Assembly: GCF_947568905.1 (NCBI RefSeq)
Contig: NC_079165.1
Span: 89,590,001 to 89,654,000, forward strand
DNA from: Ostrea edulis
Taxonomy: Eukaryota
DNA: 64,000 bases
Reading direction: 5' to 3'
The notes beneath the pieces were generated by a model. It did no database searches. It was not told the DNA's origin and saw nothing but the letters and a program-made list of their open reading frames with translations. This document shows positions 38,544-50,900 of the stretch, piece by piece. A program made the translations under genes and the position numbers. The stretch's first letter is position 1; each line of letters begins with the position of its first letter.

Positions 38544-39589
38544 GTAGAGCCCCACCCTAGCACCAGAACCCCTGATCCAGGGGCCATGAATTTCACAATT
38601 TTTAAAGAGGCATCCTTGCTCATCATTATCATGCTATTAGTTTGTCTACTTAATACCCAGAGACAGAGAAGAAGATTTTCAAAGAATTTCTACATTTTCA
38701 CTATATGACCAATAGAGCCCCACCCTAACACAAGAACCCCTGCCCCAGGGGCCATGAATTTCACAATTTTGGTAGAGGGCTCAACGCTCATTATAATTAT
38801 GCCCACAGTTTGGCTTCTTGATGTCCAGGAGTAAAGAAGAAGATTTTTTAAAATTACACTCATTTTGATGGTTTTTGTCCCACCCCTCAGGCCCCAGGGG
38901 GGCAAGGACCACGAATTTCACAATTTTTGTTCCCCTCCACCCACAGATGCTATATGCCAAAATTGGTTGAAATTGGTTCAGGGGTTTCAGAGAAGAAGCT
39001 GAAAATGTTCAAATGTTAACGCACGACGAAGGACAAAAACAGATAGCAATAGGTCACCTGAATAATTCAGGTGACCTAATAATGATCTTTATTTTTAAAG
39101 TCAGATATACATAATCCACAATAAACATTAGCTCTATACTAGTTATTTACCAACTTGCATGGATGTTTGTGCTAGGGGGTCGTTTATGTGGGAGGAAACC
39201 GGAGTACCCGGAGGAAAACCATGTGTCCGACCACCATACCCTCTCACATACAACCACTGCCGATCACGAGGATCGAACTCGGGTCGTAGTGGTGAGAAGC
39301 AAATGCACTAATCACTACGCTACCTGGACACCAATTATGCACTGAGGCCAACTCTGATGCTGTTATCACTTGAACTAGGAGCTTGCACGTTGATAATTAT
39401 GCTAACAACTCTCTTATCTTTATTCCAATGCGAATAAAAGTATATATATTCAGAAAGCTTATACTTTTTACTGTCCAACAATGTAAATTTTGTATATCTA
39501 TATGCTCATTTAGTTATCTTTAAGTAAGGTTAAACCTGACGAAAATTTAAAAAGAATTCAAAAGGTTCAATACCAACAGAAAGGTCTTG

Positions 39590-39625
<36 letters not shown>

Positions 39626-39631
39626 TCACTT

Positions 39632-39668
<37 letters not shown>

Positions 39669-39675
39669 CAGAATT

Positions 39676-39717
<42 letters not shown>

Positions 39718-42700
39718 CAGGGGCATAAAAATATTATTACATTAGAGTTATGAGATTGATCACTGTTCGTTATCTTCACCTAGCATTAGTATAATCATAT
39801 ATAATTTTACAGTTACCATGTCAGTTATTCTGGCAAGTTTTTTTAATATATAATTTTAGTTACTGAATCAATTATTATGGCAAGTTTTTTTAATGTCATT
39901 TTCGCCACCGTGAGAAAAGTTTGTCAAACATATTGTACACTTATATAAGGCCAAAATAAAATATATGTTTGTTTCCGGTCGCCCGACCGACCCTAAATAT
40001 ACCCACCAACCCTATATATTTTTTTTTCAATTTTCCGATTTCAATTTATCGATGTACGAACTATTACATCTATTATATTTGGTACGAGTTAACAATACCG
40101 ACGACAACAATGGCGGCACATCTATTAGAAGCTGCTTCGGTGTCGGCAATAAAGTTACCTAAATGCCAGTATCAGAACCCCAATTATATTATGACAACTG
40201 TCTTGCACAAATCGATATTAAGCGACCTATTCAAGGCGCAGATTTTAAAGTGGACAGTCGTGCGGATGTGAAGTGAGGGCTAGCACCAAACGAGACCCCG
40301 TTCGTAGTCGAAGGTTTTTATTCTTTATCTCACACTTGGATCCAGTAGCAGTTCCTGCGACATATGAAGAAAATTTAATGATCCATCACTCTTTCCAACC
40401 CAAAACGCCCGTGCACTGCAGGGATTTTTTTTAAGGGTCTGTAGAGTGCCGAAATTCGACCCCATTCCTAATCATGGGCAATGCTGAAAAGTAGATGTGT
40501 TTCCCAAAATGATGCCAAAAAATTCCCAAATGATGGATGGTTTGATGAGAATATACCATGAGGGGCCATCCAACCTCAGTGCCACTCTGTTGCAAAACAT
40601 TTGTGACAGTTTTTTCTTTGCTAAAGACCGGAAATGAAAGTTTGTTTAAGCCAGCCACATTGAAAATAAAATATCAAATGGTGAACTTTTTGCTTGTTTT
40701 TCTTATTCATTTATATAAAACAAATTTTCCAATTTCAATCAAATATCGCTATTTTTCCCGAACTTAAAGGCCCTGGCCCCTGGATTCAAGGGCTAAAAAA
40801 TCCCTTCACTGGTAACTTGTACAGAGTGTTCAAAGCCACGAATCATTTATTCAAAAACGAAATTAACTGAACGCCTAAACTATATGTTTTTATATTACTT
40901 GTAGTATGTCAAAGCATGTAAGTAATTATAAAGAACTATTCGGTGGAAGAATAGGACTTCCACGAGAATATGTACATGTACAAAGTCACTCAAACCAAGT
41001 GCTAGGGTAGTCTTTAGCCTAATAAACATTGTATGAACTACATGTATATACTATGCAATGCTTTTTGTCAAATGTATTGTGTATGTGGTTGAATATTGTG
41101 TTTTGAGTAGAAGTAGCTGACACATTGATTACAAACAAATGACAATGTTTATGAATAAATACATGTAGGAAAGTGTGTACAACTATTTAGCATAATCTGT
41201 ACCACCTTTAGAAATGCGTACGGTTTCTGCTCCATATATGATGTCTGACAATTTTAATATGCTAAGACATTTATTGTAAATGTATATCAAAACTCAATCA
41301 CATACTGTGCATATTGTCAATAAAACATTGTGCTCTGAACCAATTTTTTATCTATTAAACAACTTTAACTATCAAATTTTCATTGAAGGCACATATTTAT
41401 TTGAAAAAAAAAATATATTAAAAAAAAAAATAAAAAGCCTACCTACCGACCCTTTTTTGAAATCGGAGGCGACCTGAAACAAACATGTAATTTTTTTTGG
41501 CCTAAACTCCCCCTTTCTGATTTTGAAACGAATAATAGATGTTTACAGTGTACTTGCATATTGTTCTTTGAATTTCTAGCTCCATTAGGTTTTCTTCTTT
41601 GGGGGAGTATTGTTGTTATTTCCATCAACCATGCTTTACGTTTAGTAGTAATTGTCATATTGTTTATTTCAAAGCATTAAAATGATCGGGACTCTGTATA
41701 GATATAGACTATGCAAACAAACGTAGTAACGACTATAGCTTGTTTATTATAAAAGTAAAAACCAATGACGGACAGCTCTAAAAATTTCGAAATGTCAAAT
41801 AAGCGAAAATCGGAAGATGTACATTGAAATTGTAAGGCATATTTTCGGCCCTAAAATCGTATACTAAGCCTTACGCCAAAATTGTGAGGATTGGCAGCTC
41901 TGCATTGTATATACAGCGTGCTCTGCTTATATTAAAGTCATTGGCCTCTGAAGATATTTGGAATTGAATTACATTCTAAAACATATGTAATGGCCCTGCA
42001 GTATTTGGCATAAGTAGAAATCACTGTAGATAGACAGACTGGTACCAGTTACACATGTATATTAGATCCAACCACTAATCTCGGCTGAGATTTGGCTTGG
42101 CTGGATGCCTTCACCGAAGTTCGGAGCAGTCCTTTATAATTCATGCCTGAAAATTTACATTCACTAATTTAGTCCGAAATACCTGATGTTTTCCTGGCTT
42201 TTTTATGATTTGGATATTTACCAAGTCAGAACCAGCACCATTACGTAAACTGGAAATTTTGCCAAAGCTGGAGGCAGCGGAATTCTCAGGCCAATTTTAA
42301 ATACTTGCAAGTCAAATTCAGTGTTAAACTCATAACTAATCAATAAAATGATGCTTCTTCTACATACTAATATCGATTTAATGGGTTCTTTCATCACATA
42401 AACAGTCTCTTGAAAACATTTTAACAAACTGTCGAGTTTTGAGTCACGTGACTCGTTCGCTCAAATGACAGCGAAAATTCGGTTGACTACAATTGTGTGC
42501 TTCTGTTATCGAATTTTGGTGTAATATTTTCTTTAATTCATAAAAAAGCTAGAAAAACGTCAGATATTTCGGACTATCACTGATTCAGCTTCGGTTGGTT
42601 CTAGCAATTAATGTGCACCTTGGTCGCCTCAAATAAATTATTTGACTATTAAACCAACTCTCTATCACTATTAATGCTGCATTACTTATTGTCTAGGTAT

Positions 42701-42876
42701 GTAAATTCCATAATAAAAACTAGACCTATTACTAAATTTTCCGTTCAAATGATGACTTCCATGGCGAAATATTTTATCTCCCGAAAGTTATCAGACTGCT
42801 GAAAACAGGAAGAGTGTGTTGGTAAAACTGGTAATACTTACCCACTGCTGTTAATTATAAAGAGACTGTGAATCAT
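21320..42876 (-). CDS. AP3M1: AP-3 complex subunit mu, complete, 418 aa, 13 coding exons: 42876-42842, 32734-32656, 29756-29651, 28364-28252, 27563-27439, 26235-26076, 25638-25525, 24990-24917, 24717-24612, 24081-23923, 22994-22944, 22255-22187, 21385-21320
   Basis: Spliced CDS is 1257 nt with consistent phases: MIHSLFIINSSGDVFMEKHWKS...YELLDEMLDNGFPL...NVPWRRTGVKYTNNEAYFDVIEEIDAIIDK...DDISFHPCVRYKRWE...KYKPFKGVKYITRAGKFQFRT*. Confidence 0.97.
21410..21520. repeat. 36-bp tandem repeat (about 3 copies)
   Basis: aaatatgtcacacaggcatataaactgtacgtgata. Confidence 0.85.
22510..22960. repeat. 46-bp tandem array spanning the AP3M1 exon 11 donor
   Basis: cttac (reverse complement of gtaag) at 22525, 22571, ... 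22939 with period 46. Confidence 0.97.
25105..25405. repeat. ~150-bp tandem duplication (2 copies) in AP3M1 intron 7
   Basis: tatcagttttga.ttcatctgcaggtatgaaattccg occurs at about 25105 and 25255. Confidence 0.85.
26408..27008. repeat. ~69-bp degenerate tandem array interrupted by a SINE
   Basis: Unit gtcaaattcaacaacacaaccaattcctcagtcctcactccgatctagtatcaaggtactaaagcatca on both sides of 26631-26880. Confidence 0.8.
26631..26880 (-). mobile_element. 5'-truncated SINE with CORE-like segment and (att)n tail
   Basis: Reverse complement has cctcactccactcaagtataaaaggggtacctgg and ends aaagcgctttgag...gcgctatataaa...(att)n. Confidence 0.55.
27200..27447. repeat. Degenerate ~22-bp array derived from the AP3M1 exon 5 donor
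   Basis: Variants of ttttattgtattaccctgtagat, whose reverse complement contains CAGG|GTAATA. Confidence 0.65.
28900..29620. repeat. 61-bp tandem array resembling the AP3M1 exon 3 end and donor
   Basis: atgagg at 28992, 29053, 29115, 29176...; the unit aligns to TCATAGCTGTCGTCACCACAGAAG|GTGAGGACC. Confidence 0.85.
30061..31625 (-). mobile_element. Helentron-like non-autonomous element interrupted by a hAT derivative
   Basis: Reverse-orientation homolog of 19941-20725; the host sequence rejoins across the TSD. Confidence 0.7.
30109..30837 (+). mobile_element. 729-bp internally deleted hAT element retaining a BED zinc-finger ORF (30261-30548)
   Basis: TIR tagggctgt/acagcccta, TSD cctattac (30101-30108, 30838-30845); ORF SKVWNYF...CNIC...GGTTNLSVHLLRHH is a BED finger. 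Confidence 0.92.
33037..33246. repeat. 34-bp minisatellite (about 6 copies)
   Basis: aaatagtagagataatccatgttttgatactgtt. Confidence 0.9.
34379..35532 (+). mobile_element. Non-autonomous hAT transposon, copy 2, with a TTF-type zinc-finger relic
   Basis: Termini cagtgctc...gagcactg, TSD ttgaatat (34371-34378, 35533-35540); ORF 35076-35279 contains [32 protein letters not shown]. Confidence 0.92.
35651..35723 (+). mobile_element. tRNA-derived SINE head / pseudo-tRNA (decayed relatives near 36645-36715 plus and 23695-23770 minus)
   Basis: A-box tagcttagttggtagagc, B-box-like gggtttgaatccc; 8-nt anticodon loop and imperfect acceptor stem. Confidence 0.65.
37573..39081 (-). mobile_element. Helentron-like element with a 169-bp satellite array in AP3M1 intron 1
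   Basis: Starts aacaagaggcccagggg, ends with palindrome ggtcacctgaataattcaggtgacc; about 7 tandem units. Confidence 0.75.
39150..39330 (-). mobile_element. tRNA-headed SINE with V-domain-like core
   Basis: Reverse complement: ggtagcgtagtgattagtgc...gagttcgatcc followed by ggttttcctccgggtactccggtttcctcccaca. Confidence 0.65.
39949..41502. mobile_element. 1.55-kb non-autonomous TIR element with TAA TSD (PIF/Harbinger-like)
   Basis: TIR ggccaaaataaaatatatgtttgtttccggtcgcc / ggcgacctgaaacaaacatgtaattttttttggcc, flanked by taa on both sides. Confidence 0.7.
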
Positions 42877-43178
42877 TTCGTTTAGTGTAAAATATTATGA
42901 TTCTGCAGTTAACTTATATTCATTGGATATTCTGGTCAGGGGTGTACACGAAGTTGTTACTAATTTATGGAATATCGATCCCGATGTAAATGAACGATAG
43001 ACTAAATGACGTTTCGGCCCCAGGTTACCGGTTACAAATCGGTGCGTACTATAAAAAGAGGGGAAATCAAATCGTATCTATAATAATTGATTCTAAAAGG
43101 TGAATGTCTAAATACATAAAATCCTTAATTCCGTCACTTTCGGGAAACCCTGCGCAATATTGTAAACGAATGTGATTC

Positions 43179-43186
43179 TGACGTCA
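43179..43186. promoter_or_regulatory. CRE palindrome TGACGTCA about 300 bp upstream of the AP3M1 ATG
   Basis: Exact motif in a CpG-containing segment 5' of the gene; function not shown. Confidence 0.3.
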
Positions 43187-44454
43187 TTTTTTCCATGCTG
43201 AAAATCTACAATGAAATGTCGATAAGTTATAACAGTCAATTCAAGAATATGTCAAAAACAAGTAACAATATATTAATATGTAATCTATTATAGATATATC
43301 ATATTTTATGTGAAATCAGTAAGCACCTTCCCTTACATGCGCTATCACATCGATTCCTACGTAGCAGCGACATCATGTTTATTTTCACCTGACATCCACT
43401 TTTATACCGTATACAACGTCACATTCGAGGAGCCGTCACTGTGGAGCATGAGGGTTCGGCTCCGAAGTGAAAAAACGCAGTATCACCGAGAATGGGATCG
43501 ATTTTCTCATAAACTACACCATATTTCTGCAAATATCATATTGCATCGAGTGTGGTAGATATATTTTCATCATTCAAATTGTCACCAAATTTCAGAAACC
43601 CGTACTTATCTCAAACACTTCGTTCACGTTTCACGAGTAGGTCTACAAAGTTGAAATTGATGATTTAAACCAATCTTTCTCGGTCATTTCATCTCTCTGC
43701 CTACTTGATTTGTTTGATAGAGAGAGTATACATGTATCCCGATACTATGATTGTTGATGATTATATCGCCCTTTTACTTACATTTCACATGTAATTTACA
43801 CAAAATCTTACAAATTTGTAATGTTTCGCATGTATGGATATCTTCAATTATTTGAGTTTATGTTAATTTGGCGCTCCATGCGCATGAGGGCTCAAATCTG
43901 GCATGCTGCGAGGAGTATGCTACATATATTTTACTGTATCGCGAGGCTTTGGAGTTTGACCTTTGGGCTGATTAACATTAAGTTTACCATGATCCTTTTT
44001 ATTAAAATATCACATGTTTGTCAGTTTTCTTTTCATATTTCAAAATAAAATCTGGTTGGAAAAAAGTACAATCTCCTAGGAATAGAATGAAAAGTGCATG
44101 GGCTATCGGCAAAACTGAAACTTATTTAAAAAGCTATAAAGTGTACCTAAATGTATACCATCGAATATATGTCCTGTAATCAGATAGCTCGCATCTGTTA
44201 CAAAACATACTTGCACACCATTGAAAAGTCGAACGCCAAACGAAGATGGGTTTTTTTAAGACCAAGATCCCCGCATGTGCAAAACAAGCATTCAGTGTAA
44301 ACCAATCATCTGTATTTCGAGAGCCATACAAATGTAAACATGGCGATGCACAGACAAGTTTTTTCTTGAACTGCATTCAAAGCAATTGATATAAGCTGTT
44401 AACATTAAACTAAATACCTGAAATATTTTTTTCAAAATAGATCTAGAACACCCC

Positions 44455-47400
44455 TGTGGGGCATAATCTGTAAAAAAAAAAAAAAAAAAAATCTTGCACT
44501 TAATGATGCAAGCATGAAACTTTGCACGAATGCTCTATAGATATCACTTTTAGGAAAAAGAACGTTAGCCTTCTCAATTTTTACATTGGCGGCCATCTTG
44601 AATCCAAGATGGCTGCCGTCATGAAATTAACACAGGCAATCTCGACTTAATAGGCTTTTTTGATGTCCAGTATTCATAAAAACTGATAATGGAGCTCTAA
44701 TTAAGTATAATTAAATAGGTCATGGCCCTAGCTTTACTTAAATACCACCAAATGTACACATTTAGTTTCGAAAATAGAATTACAGTCGAAAATATTCAGA
44801 ATTTCAAGAATTTTTTTTTATAATTTTCAAAACAAAACTTCACTATTGAAAACTTAGCACACCCTGCACTTTATTCACAAACACAACATTCGAACTCAAA
44901 ATACACCCCCCCCCCCCCCCCCAATCATTAATAGATTGTAAATATACAGAAATCTCCGACTTTTATAGTTAGCGACCATCTTCAAACATTGCCGATTGAT
45001 GATGAATTATAACCAATAAGATCCAGTCATAATAAACGTAACATCAGACTACAAAAAGGATAAGAAGATTTAATGATGCTTGTACAGAAATATGCGTTAT
45101 TAAAGGAGTAACAGTTCAAATTCAAATACTATTTGCGAGTCTGAAAACATGTACTCAGTATTGCACCCGCATTGTGTCAACTGTTGGAAACTCTGAGCAA
45201 TTGGGGCAAGGTTAGTCCACAAAATTCCCCAAGAATCGCTCTTCTTGACCCAGCCCCAATCCCCCAGAATAGCAGTTTCCATCTGGCACAACGTTTGTTC
45301 CCATATACATCCAGCTTAATATGCAGCGCACTATACATGTTTGATCAAAGTCGCGCGTGTCGTTGGAGTAGAGTCATAAGATACCTGTTTTCTTGCAAAA
45401 AGATCTAATCTAGCTGCATCAATATCCACAATTGAACTAGACATGTCGTACGTTGTACATGTAATAGCAAACAGTTCTTGGTCTCGATCACTTATTTCGA
45501 GTGGATAGTGACTTAGCTTTGTAAATACCTATCACTTGTGGAAACACATTCCACGTTTGTTATGCTTTCTTCTTGCCCTTACCGCGAAAAGATGAGACCA
45601 CGTCACAGCCAGTAAAAGCATGAAAAAATGAGATTCCACGAGACATTTCACGCCCAATAGCAGTGCAGATGTCACGGACATGAATCCATTCAAGATTTTT
45701 ACCTTGTCCAAACTCAATCCAAAGTGCTCGAACTCCGAGACTATTTTAATAACAAACAAAACAACAACAAAAACCCCACTCACTGCTACTAAAACGTTAG
45801 TGTCACTTGCTTTGATACGTACTGATTGACTCCCATGTTCTGCAACATGTCTTGCATGAACAAATAATCTTGTATCCTCTTTTCCCTAGTGATTACAGTT
45901 TGGAATATCTTTCGCCCGGATATCTTAGTTGCAGAGCACAGTTTCCTTTCACGTAGGAAGTACAATATTACCTTTGTGTTCCACGATTTTTATGGCAAGG
46001 AACAAAAAATATTTCAGTCTTGTTCCTACTACATTGTATCTGGTAAAAACTTTGCCAGTTCGATGGGATTTTACTAGAAATGGTTACCCTGCGACTAGAT
46101 CCAACACCTCTTTTAGATCTTCTTTCTGCGTTTAAACTGCATGACCTGTAAATTCGAAAACAATTTGTCCTCAAGTATTTTGAAGAATAGGATTAAATCT
46201 TGGAAGCAAATTCCTTCGTACATATAACATGTTATTCAAACGTTTTGGATGTTCCGAGTTGGAATAGCATTAACCAAAGCTGACACATCAATGATATAAA
46301 CTTCAACGCCTGAAAATATGTCTGGAAGAGTTGCTTTATCTTCAAGTAGTGGAACAAGCTGACACTTTTGACAAAAGTTTTCCGTTATCACTAAGTGACG
46401 CAGGGAATGCTTGGTTTTCATGCCTAAAAGATTCCTAGAGATCACATTTTCTTGACTGACAGGATATGAAAAGTTTGCAAAAATAGCTGGCATTCTTCCT
46501 TCAAATGTTTCTGGTTTAGGTCTTTAAATGTTGGGTCTAGTTGTTGCCTGAAAAATTGATTGAATTTGGATTCTTCCTTCTTGTAAACTCTTCATAAAGT
46601 CACCAAACGTTTATTTACTGTTGACAACGTGGTTTGCAGTCATCTCTGCGGCACTTGGCTGAGCAACACTCTTAGTATCTAGTGTTAACAGTCATCTGTG
46701 TCTTCCATGAAAGGATTGCCCATTTCTTTCATCGTATCATTTAATTGATCTACCCTTTCGATGAAATCCGTTGTACTTGTTTAGTTTGTTCAGGATGTTT
46801 CACCTCATCATTAGGATTTTTTGCACCAGAAAGTTTTTCATATTGGGAAACTATGCGAGCGACCTCAGGACCTGTCACCATCTATCGCCTTAGTGCTGAT
46901 GAATCTTCTGTGACTCCTATAGCACCACCATCACCTTTAATCAATGCATTGGATTGTCCCTGAGCTTGGTCAATTGCTAAAGTGGAAAATTCGTGACAGG
47001 ATTTGTGAATGACAAAATTTCCCTTACGAAATTCATTGTTGATTTGAGGATGGGCATGTATCCCCGAAGTGAATTGGAAGCCATCCTTTTACCACCTCAA
47101 ATTGTAAAACGCACATTGAAATATTGGATACAACCAAATTCGGATTTAATCAAAATACCTACACTTAGCCCGATCGTTCATCCAATACCATTCAAGTTCA
47201 GTGCAGTCTGTGCACCGTCCGGGCAACAAATGTCCCGATACCCTTGGCTCGGCTTTCCCGCGATGGCACACCCAGTCTATTCAGGCGCGACTATCTGACT
47301 ATAAAACAAAGCAGATGCTTTTTGGGCTGGTCAGATAGTATTTAGAACACTATACTTGGAAACTTTTGGTGTAGCTGGTATTGAACCCCATGCTGAGTTT

Positions 47401-47921
47401 TGCAGCAGTGATGTCACCAGTGTGCCCTGGTTGTGCCATATGACATACACTTTTTTTGTCGAATACCATTAATGTTTTTTTAATCCTTAGAGAGATACAA
47501 AAAAAAAAAAAAAACTCACAGAAGATAAATCCTCAATAAGAAGCAATGATGTAAAGACATGATACAGAAAATTCCGAAATAAGAGCTTCAAATTCCTTTA
47601 ACTAAAACATAAATGGGTAATAAAACCTACAAAATGTTCCAAAAGCACACATTTTCCAATTCATGCATGATTAAGAACCAAAGAACCATACATATTCAGT
47701 TTACAGTTGGAAATATGCAGTTGAATTGAGACACAGACTGTTAACAGAGCTTTCATTATCAGAAATTTTAATTTGTTGACGACTAAGACGCCATCTTGAA
47801 AAATGGTGGCCATATTCAATTTTTCAGGTGGCTAACGTTCTTTCTGGACAGAATGATGTCTGAGAAGTATGCATGCAAAATTTCATGCTTGCATCATTAA
47901 GTGCAAGATTTTTTAATTTTT

Positions 47922-47974
<53 letters not shown>

Positions 47975-47975
47975 T
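44455..47975 (-). mobile_element. Decayed Academ-like (XPG-domain) DNA transposon
   Basis: Long inverted ends (aaaatcttgcacttaatgatgcaagcatgaaa / tttcatgcttgcatcattaagtgcaagatttt) enclosing a broken transposase; exact termini and TSD not resolved. Confidence 0.75.
45180..47130 (-). pseudogene. Disrupted transposase with PIN/XPG-like nuclease and Cys-rich tail
   Basis: Fragments in order: WLPIH..HPQINNEFRKGNFV..FSTLAIDQAQGQSNALIKGDGGAIG..SALRR*MVTGPEV; IIDVSALV; RSKRG..KIPSNW; EDTRLFVHA..ASDTNVLV; FFHAFTGCDVVSSFRGKGKKKA*; DWGW..W..QCGC, with stops and frameshifts. Confidence 0.85.
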
Positions 47976-50900
47976 ATTTTTGACATCATTTGACATCACT
48001 CTTTTCGTCAGCAAAAACAAATTGAATATATAGGCCGTTTCAAACTGCATGACGTCATAGTGACCCAAATTTGTATCTATGTAGGAAAACAGTCGGGTGT
48101 ATATTTTTTAACCGTAGTAGAATAAAAATAAAGTTCTTGTTTTCGTGTATCATGCAGGATAACCTCCTTGGTCTCGAAATGTTTGAAATACAAAAGCCGA
48201 GGCTTTTCTATTTCAAAACATTTCTCAACTTCGGAGGTTATCCTGCAAGATACACGAAAATACGATCATTATATTTTCGTCGTACTTGTATATATAGTGT
48301 GTGCAATTAACGGGGGTCCAACTCTTAATTTTGTATTGCTTATAGGAGTTATGAGATTCATCACTGTTCGTTATCTTCACTTTTTCATACCATATACAAT
48401 GTATCTGTACATATATATTATTACGGCATATGTCAAGATACATTAAGTATTCTGTTAGGTAAGTACCCTGGGGTCATCCCAACCCTATTTCATGATTGTT
48501 GAAATATATTTAAACAATTGAGATACTAACCCCCTACACCAAATATATTCCTGCTTCACATATCAAGATGCATTAAAAATTCTGGTGGGCACGTAGCCTG
48601 GGGTAATTCCAACTCCCATCATTTTTTGATTGTTCAAATATCTTCAAAATGGTTGAGATTCCAACCCTTGATGTAAATATACTTTTGCTGCACATGACAC
48701 AATGCAATGAACAATACGTTTTTGTTCGTTTTTCCACCCATTTGCCCCTCAAGGTAAAACAGAAAACTTATTGCACATCTAAAAAGGACACCACCAATAA
48801 CCTCCCAATAGATGATTTGGCTACTGTATAAAGTGTAAGACGAGTTCTGAGAACCAGGTTTTCTATAGAAAAAAAAAATCGTTTTCTCAATTCCTAATTA
48901 GCCCCCAAGGTGAAAATGAAAACTCTGAAACCTAATTCCACATCTATATGATACCACCAATTACCATTATGCTATTGCGTTATACGGAAGTGGAATTTTG
49001 GGAAGCGGGGGTTACTTTTGTCCGTAAAAATGTTATTTTTGATCCCCCGGGGATAAAAATGAAACTTCCGAAACCTTATTGCACATTTACAGGATATCAC
49101 CTATCATATTCCAAAATAATGATTAGCAACTGCTTGCAATAAAAGAGGAGTCTGAGGAAGAAAAAAGCGTGACAGACGAAATGACGGATCAGGATAACAA
49201 TATACCAGAACTGTCTTTAGAAAGTACGGGCATAATGAAGTCCTCTACAGGTGACAAACTTGTCCTTCTTACACAAATAACTAGATACTAACATACAAAT
49301 TGGCTCATGATATGTATATACATGTATCTGGTTTTATTTGTGCAGGGTATGAATTCAGTTGGTGATGGGGATAATGTAAATAAATATCGTTTAGCTTGTT
49401 TGATCATTTGTGTATTGTTTAACGTCACTTCCGAGAACTTTGCCGGTGAAGGGTTGCAAGATTTAGGCCTTCATGTACATGTATGTTCGCCGCTTACGGC
49501 TTTTGAGAAGGGACGGATCTGCATTGTGCCACACCTACTATGACACGGGTCCTCGGTTTTTGCGGTCTCATCCGATGGACCGCCCCATTTAGTCACTTCT
49601 TACGACAAGCAAGGGGGTACTGAGGATCTATTCTAACCCGGATCCCCACAAGATTTGATTCGTTTTATCACGAGGAGGACTTTGATAATGGTGGAAATGA
49701 TGTCTGGGAGATTACAAACTTTCCGTTTCGCTAAATGTGGATGTACTTTTGGTATATATATAAATATTTTGTTTTGGCGTTAGTCCTTCCAAGGGTGTAT
49801 AAGTATGCTTTCTAACAGGTGAGGGCAATTGGAGTACAGGACATAGATTCGATGGTTACATATAGGAGCTTAAAGGTTTTAGTTTTCATTCGTTGACAGA
49901 TTTGACTTCTTTTACATCATAATTTACACTGAAATATGAAAAGAAAACTGACAAATCTGTGGTATTAAAAGGATCATGGTAAACTTAATGTTAATCAGCC
50001 CAAAGGTCAAACTTCAAAGCCTCGAGATACAGTAAAATATATGTAGCATACTCCTCGCGGCATGCCATATTTAAGTCCTCATGCGACACATTACAAATTG
50101 GTAAGATTTTGTGCAAATTACATGTGAAATGTAAGTAAAAGGGCGATAAAATCATCAATAATCATGGTATCAGGATATACATACTCTCTATCAAACAAAT
50201 CAAGTAGGCAGAGAGATGAAATGACCAAAAAAGATTGGTTTAAGTCATCGATTTCAACTTTGTAGACGTACTCGTGAAACGCGAACGAAGTGTTTGAGGA
50301 AAGTACGGGTTTCTGAAATTCGGTGAAAAATTTGAAAGATCAAAATATATCTACCACACTCTATGCAATATGATGTTTGCAGAAATATGGTGTAGTTTAT
50401 GAGAAAATCGATCTCGTACTCAGTGATACTGCGTTTTCTCCGATTCGGAGCCGAGCCCTCATGCTGCACAGTGACGACTCCTCGAATGTGACATTGTATA
50501 CGGTGAAGTCTATCGTTATTCTTCATCGTAATGAACAAATGATTTCGTGCTACTTTTATGATATTGAGCGCATTTAATCGATAAATCGGGGTTTACGTCA
50601 ACGTTTCGGGATTATAAGCAAAATCTACGCGTTATAATTAACTTGAAAGTTTCGCATTAGAACGCGTAATTTTCATCGAAAGTTACGCGTGTATCCGTGA
50701 AATTTTGCATTATATAGCGAGAAAGTTGCCTGTTATAACGCCATAGTTATTATTTTTATTAGTTACGAAAATCAATCGTAATGTAGGGAGCAGTAGGCCT
50801 ATTATTATATACATCAACTTCTGAACATCATAGAAAATTTATAAGTCCATTTTTTATACCACGAAGTGCTATGTACTGATACCGCACAGAATGAAAATTG

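Noticed and set aside
40405-40811. Nested hAT-like element inside the Harbinger-like element
   Set aside because: Ends are only loosely inverted (cactgcagggattttt versus cagtgaagggattttt) and no TSD was found
47921-47971. Long poly-T (and poly-C at about 61109-61146) as retroposon tails
   Set aside because: Both are expansions of homopolymers inside TIRs of DNA elements; lengths may be sequencing-inflated
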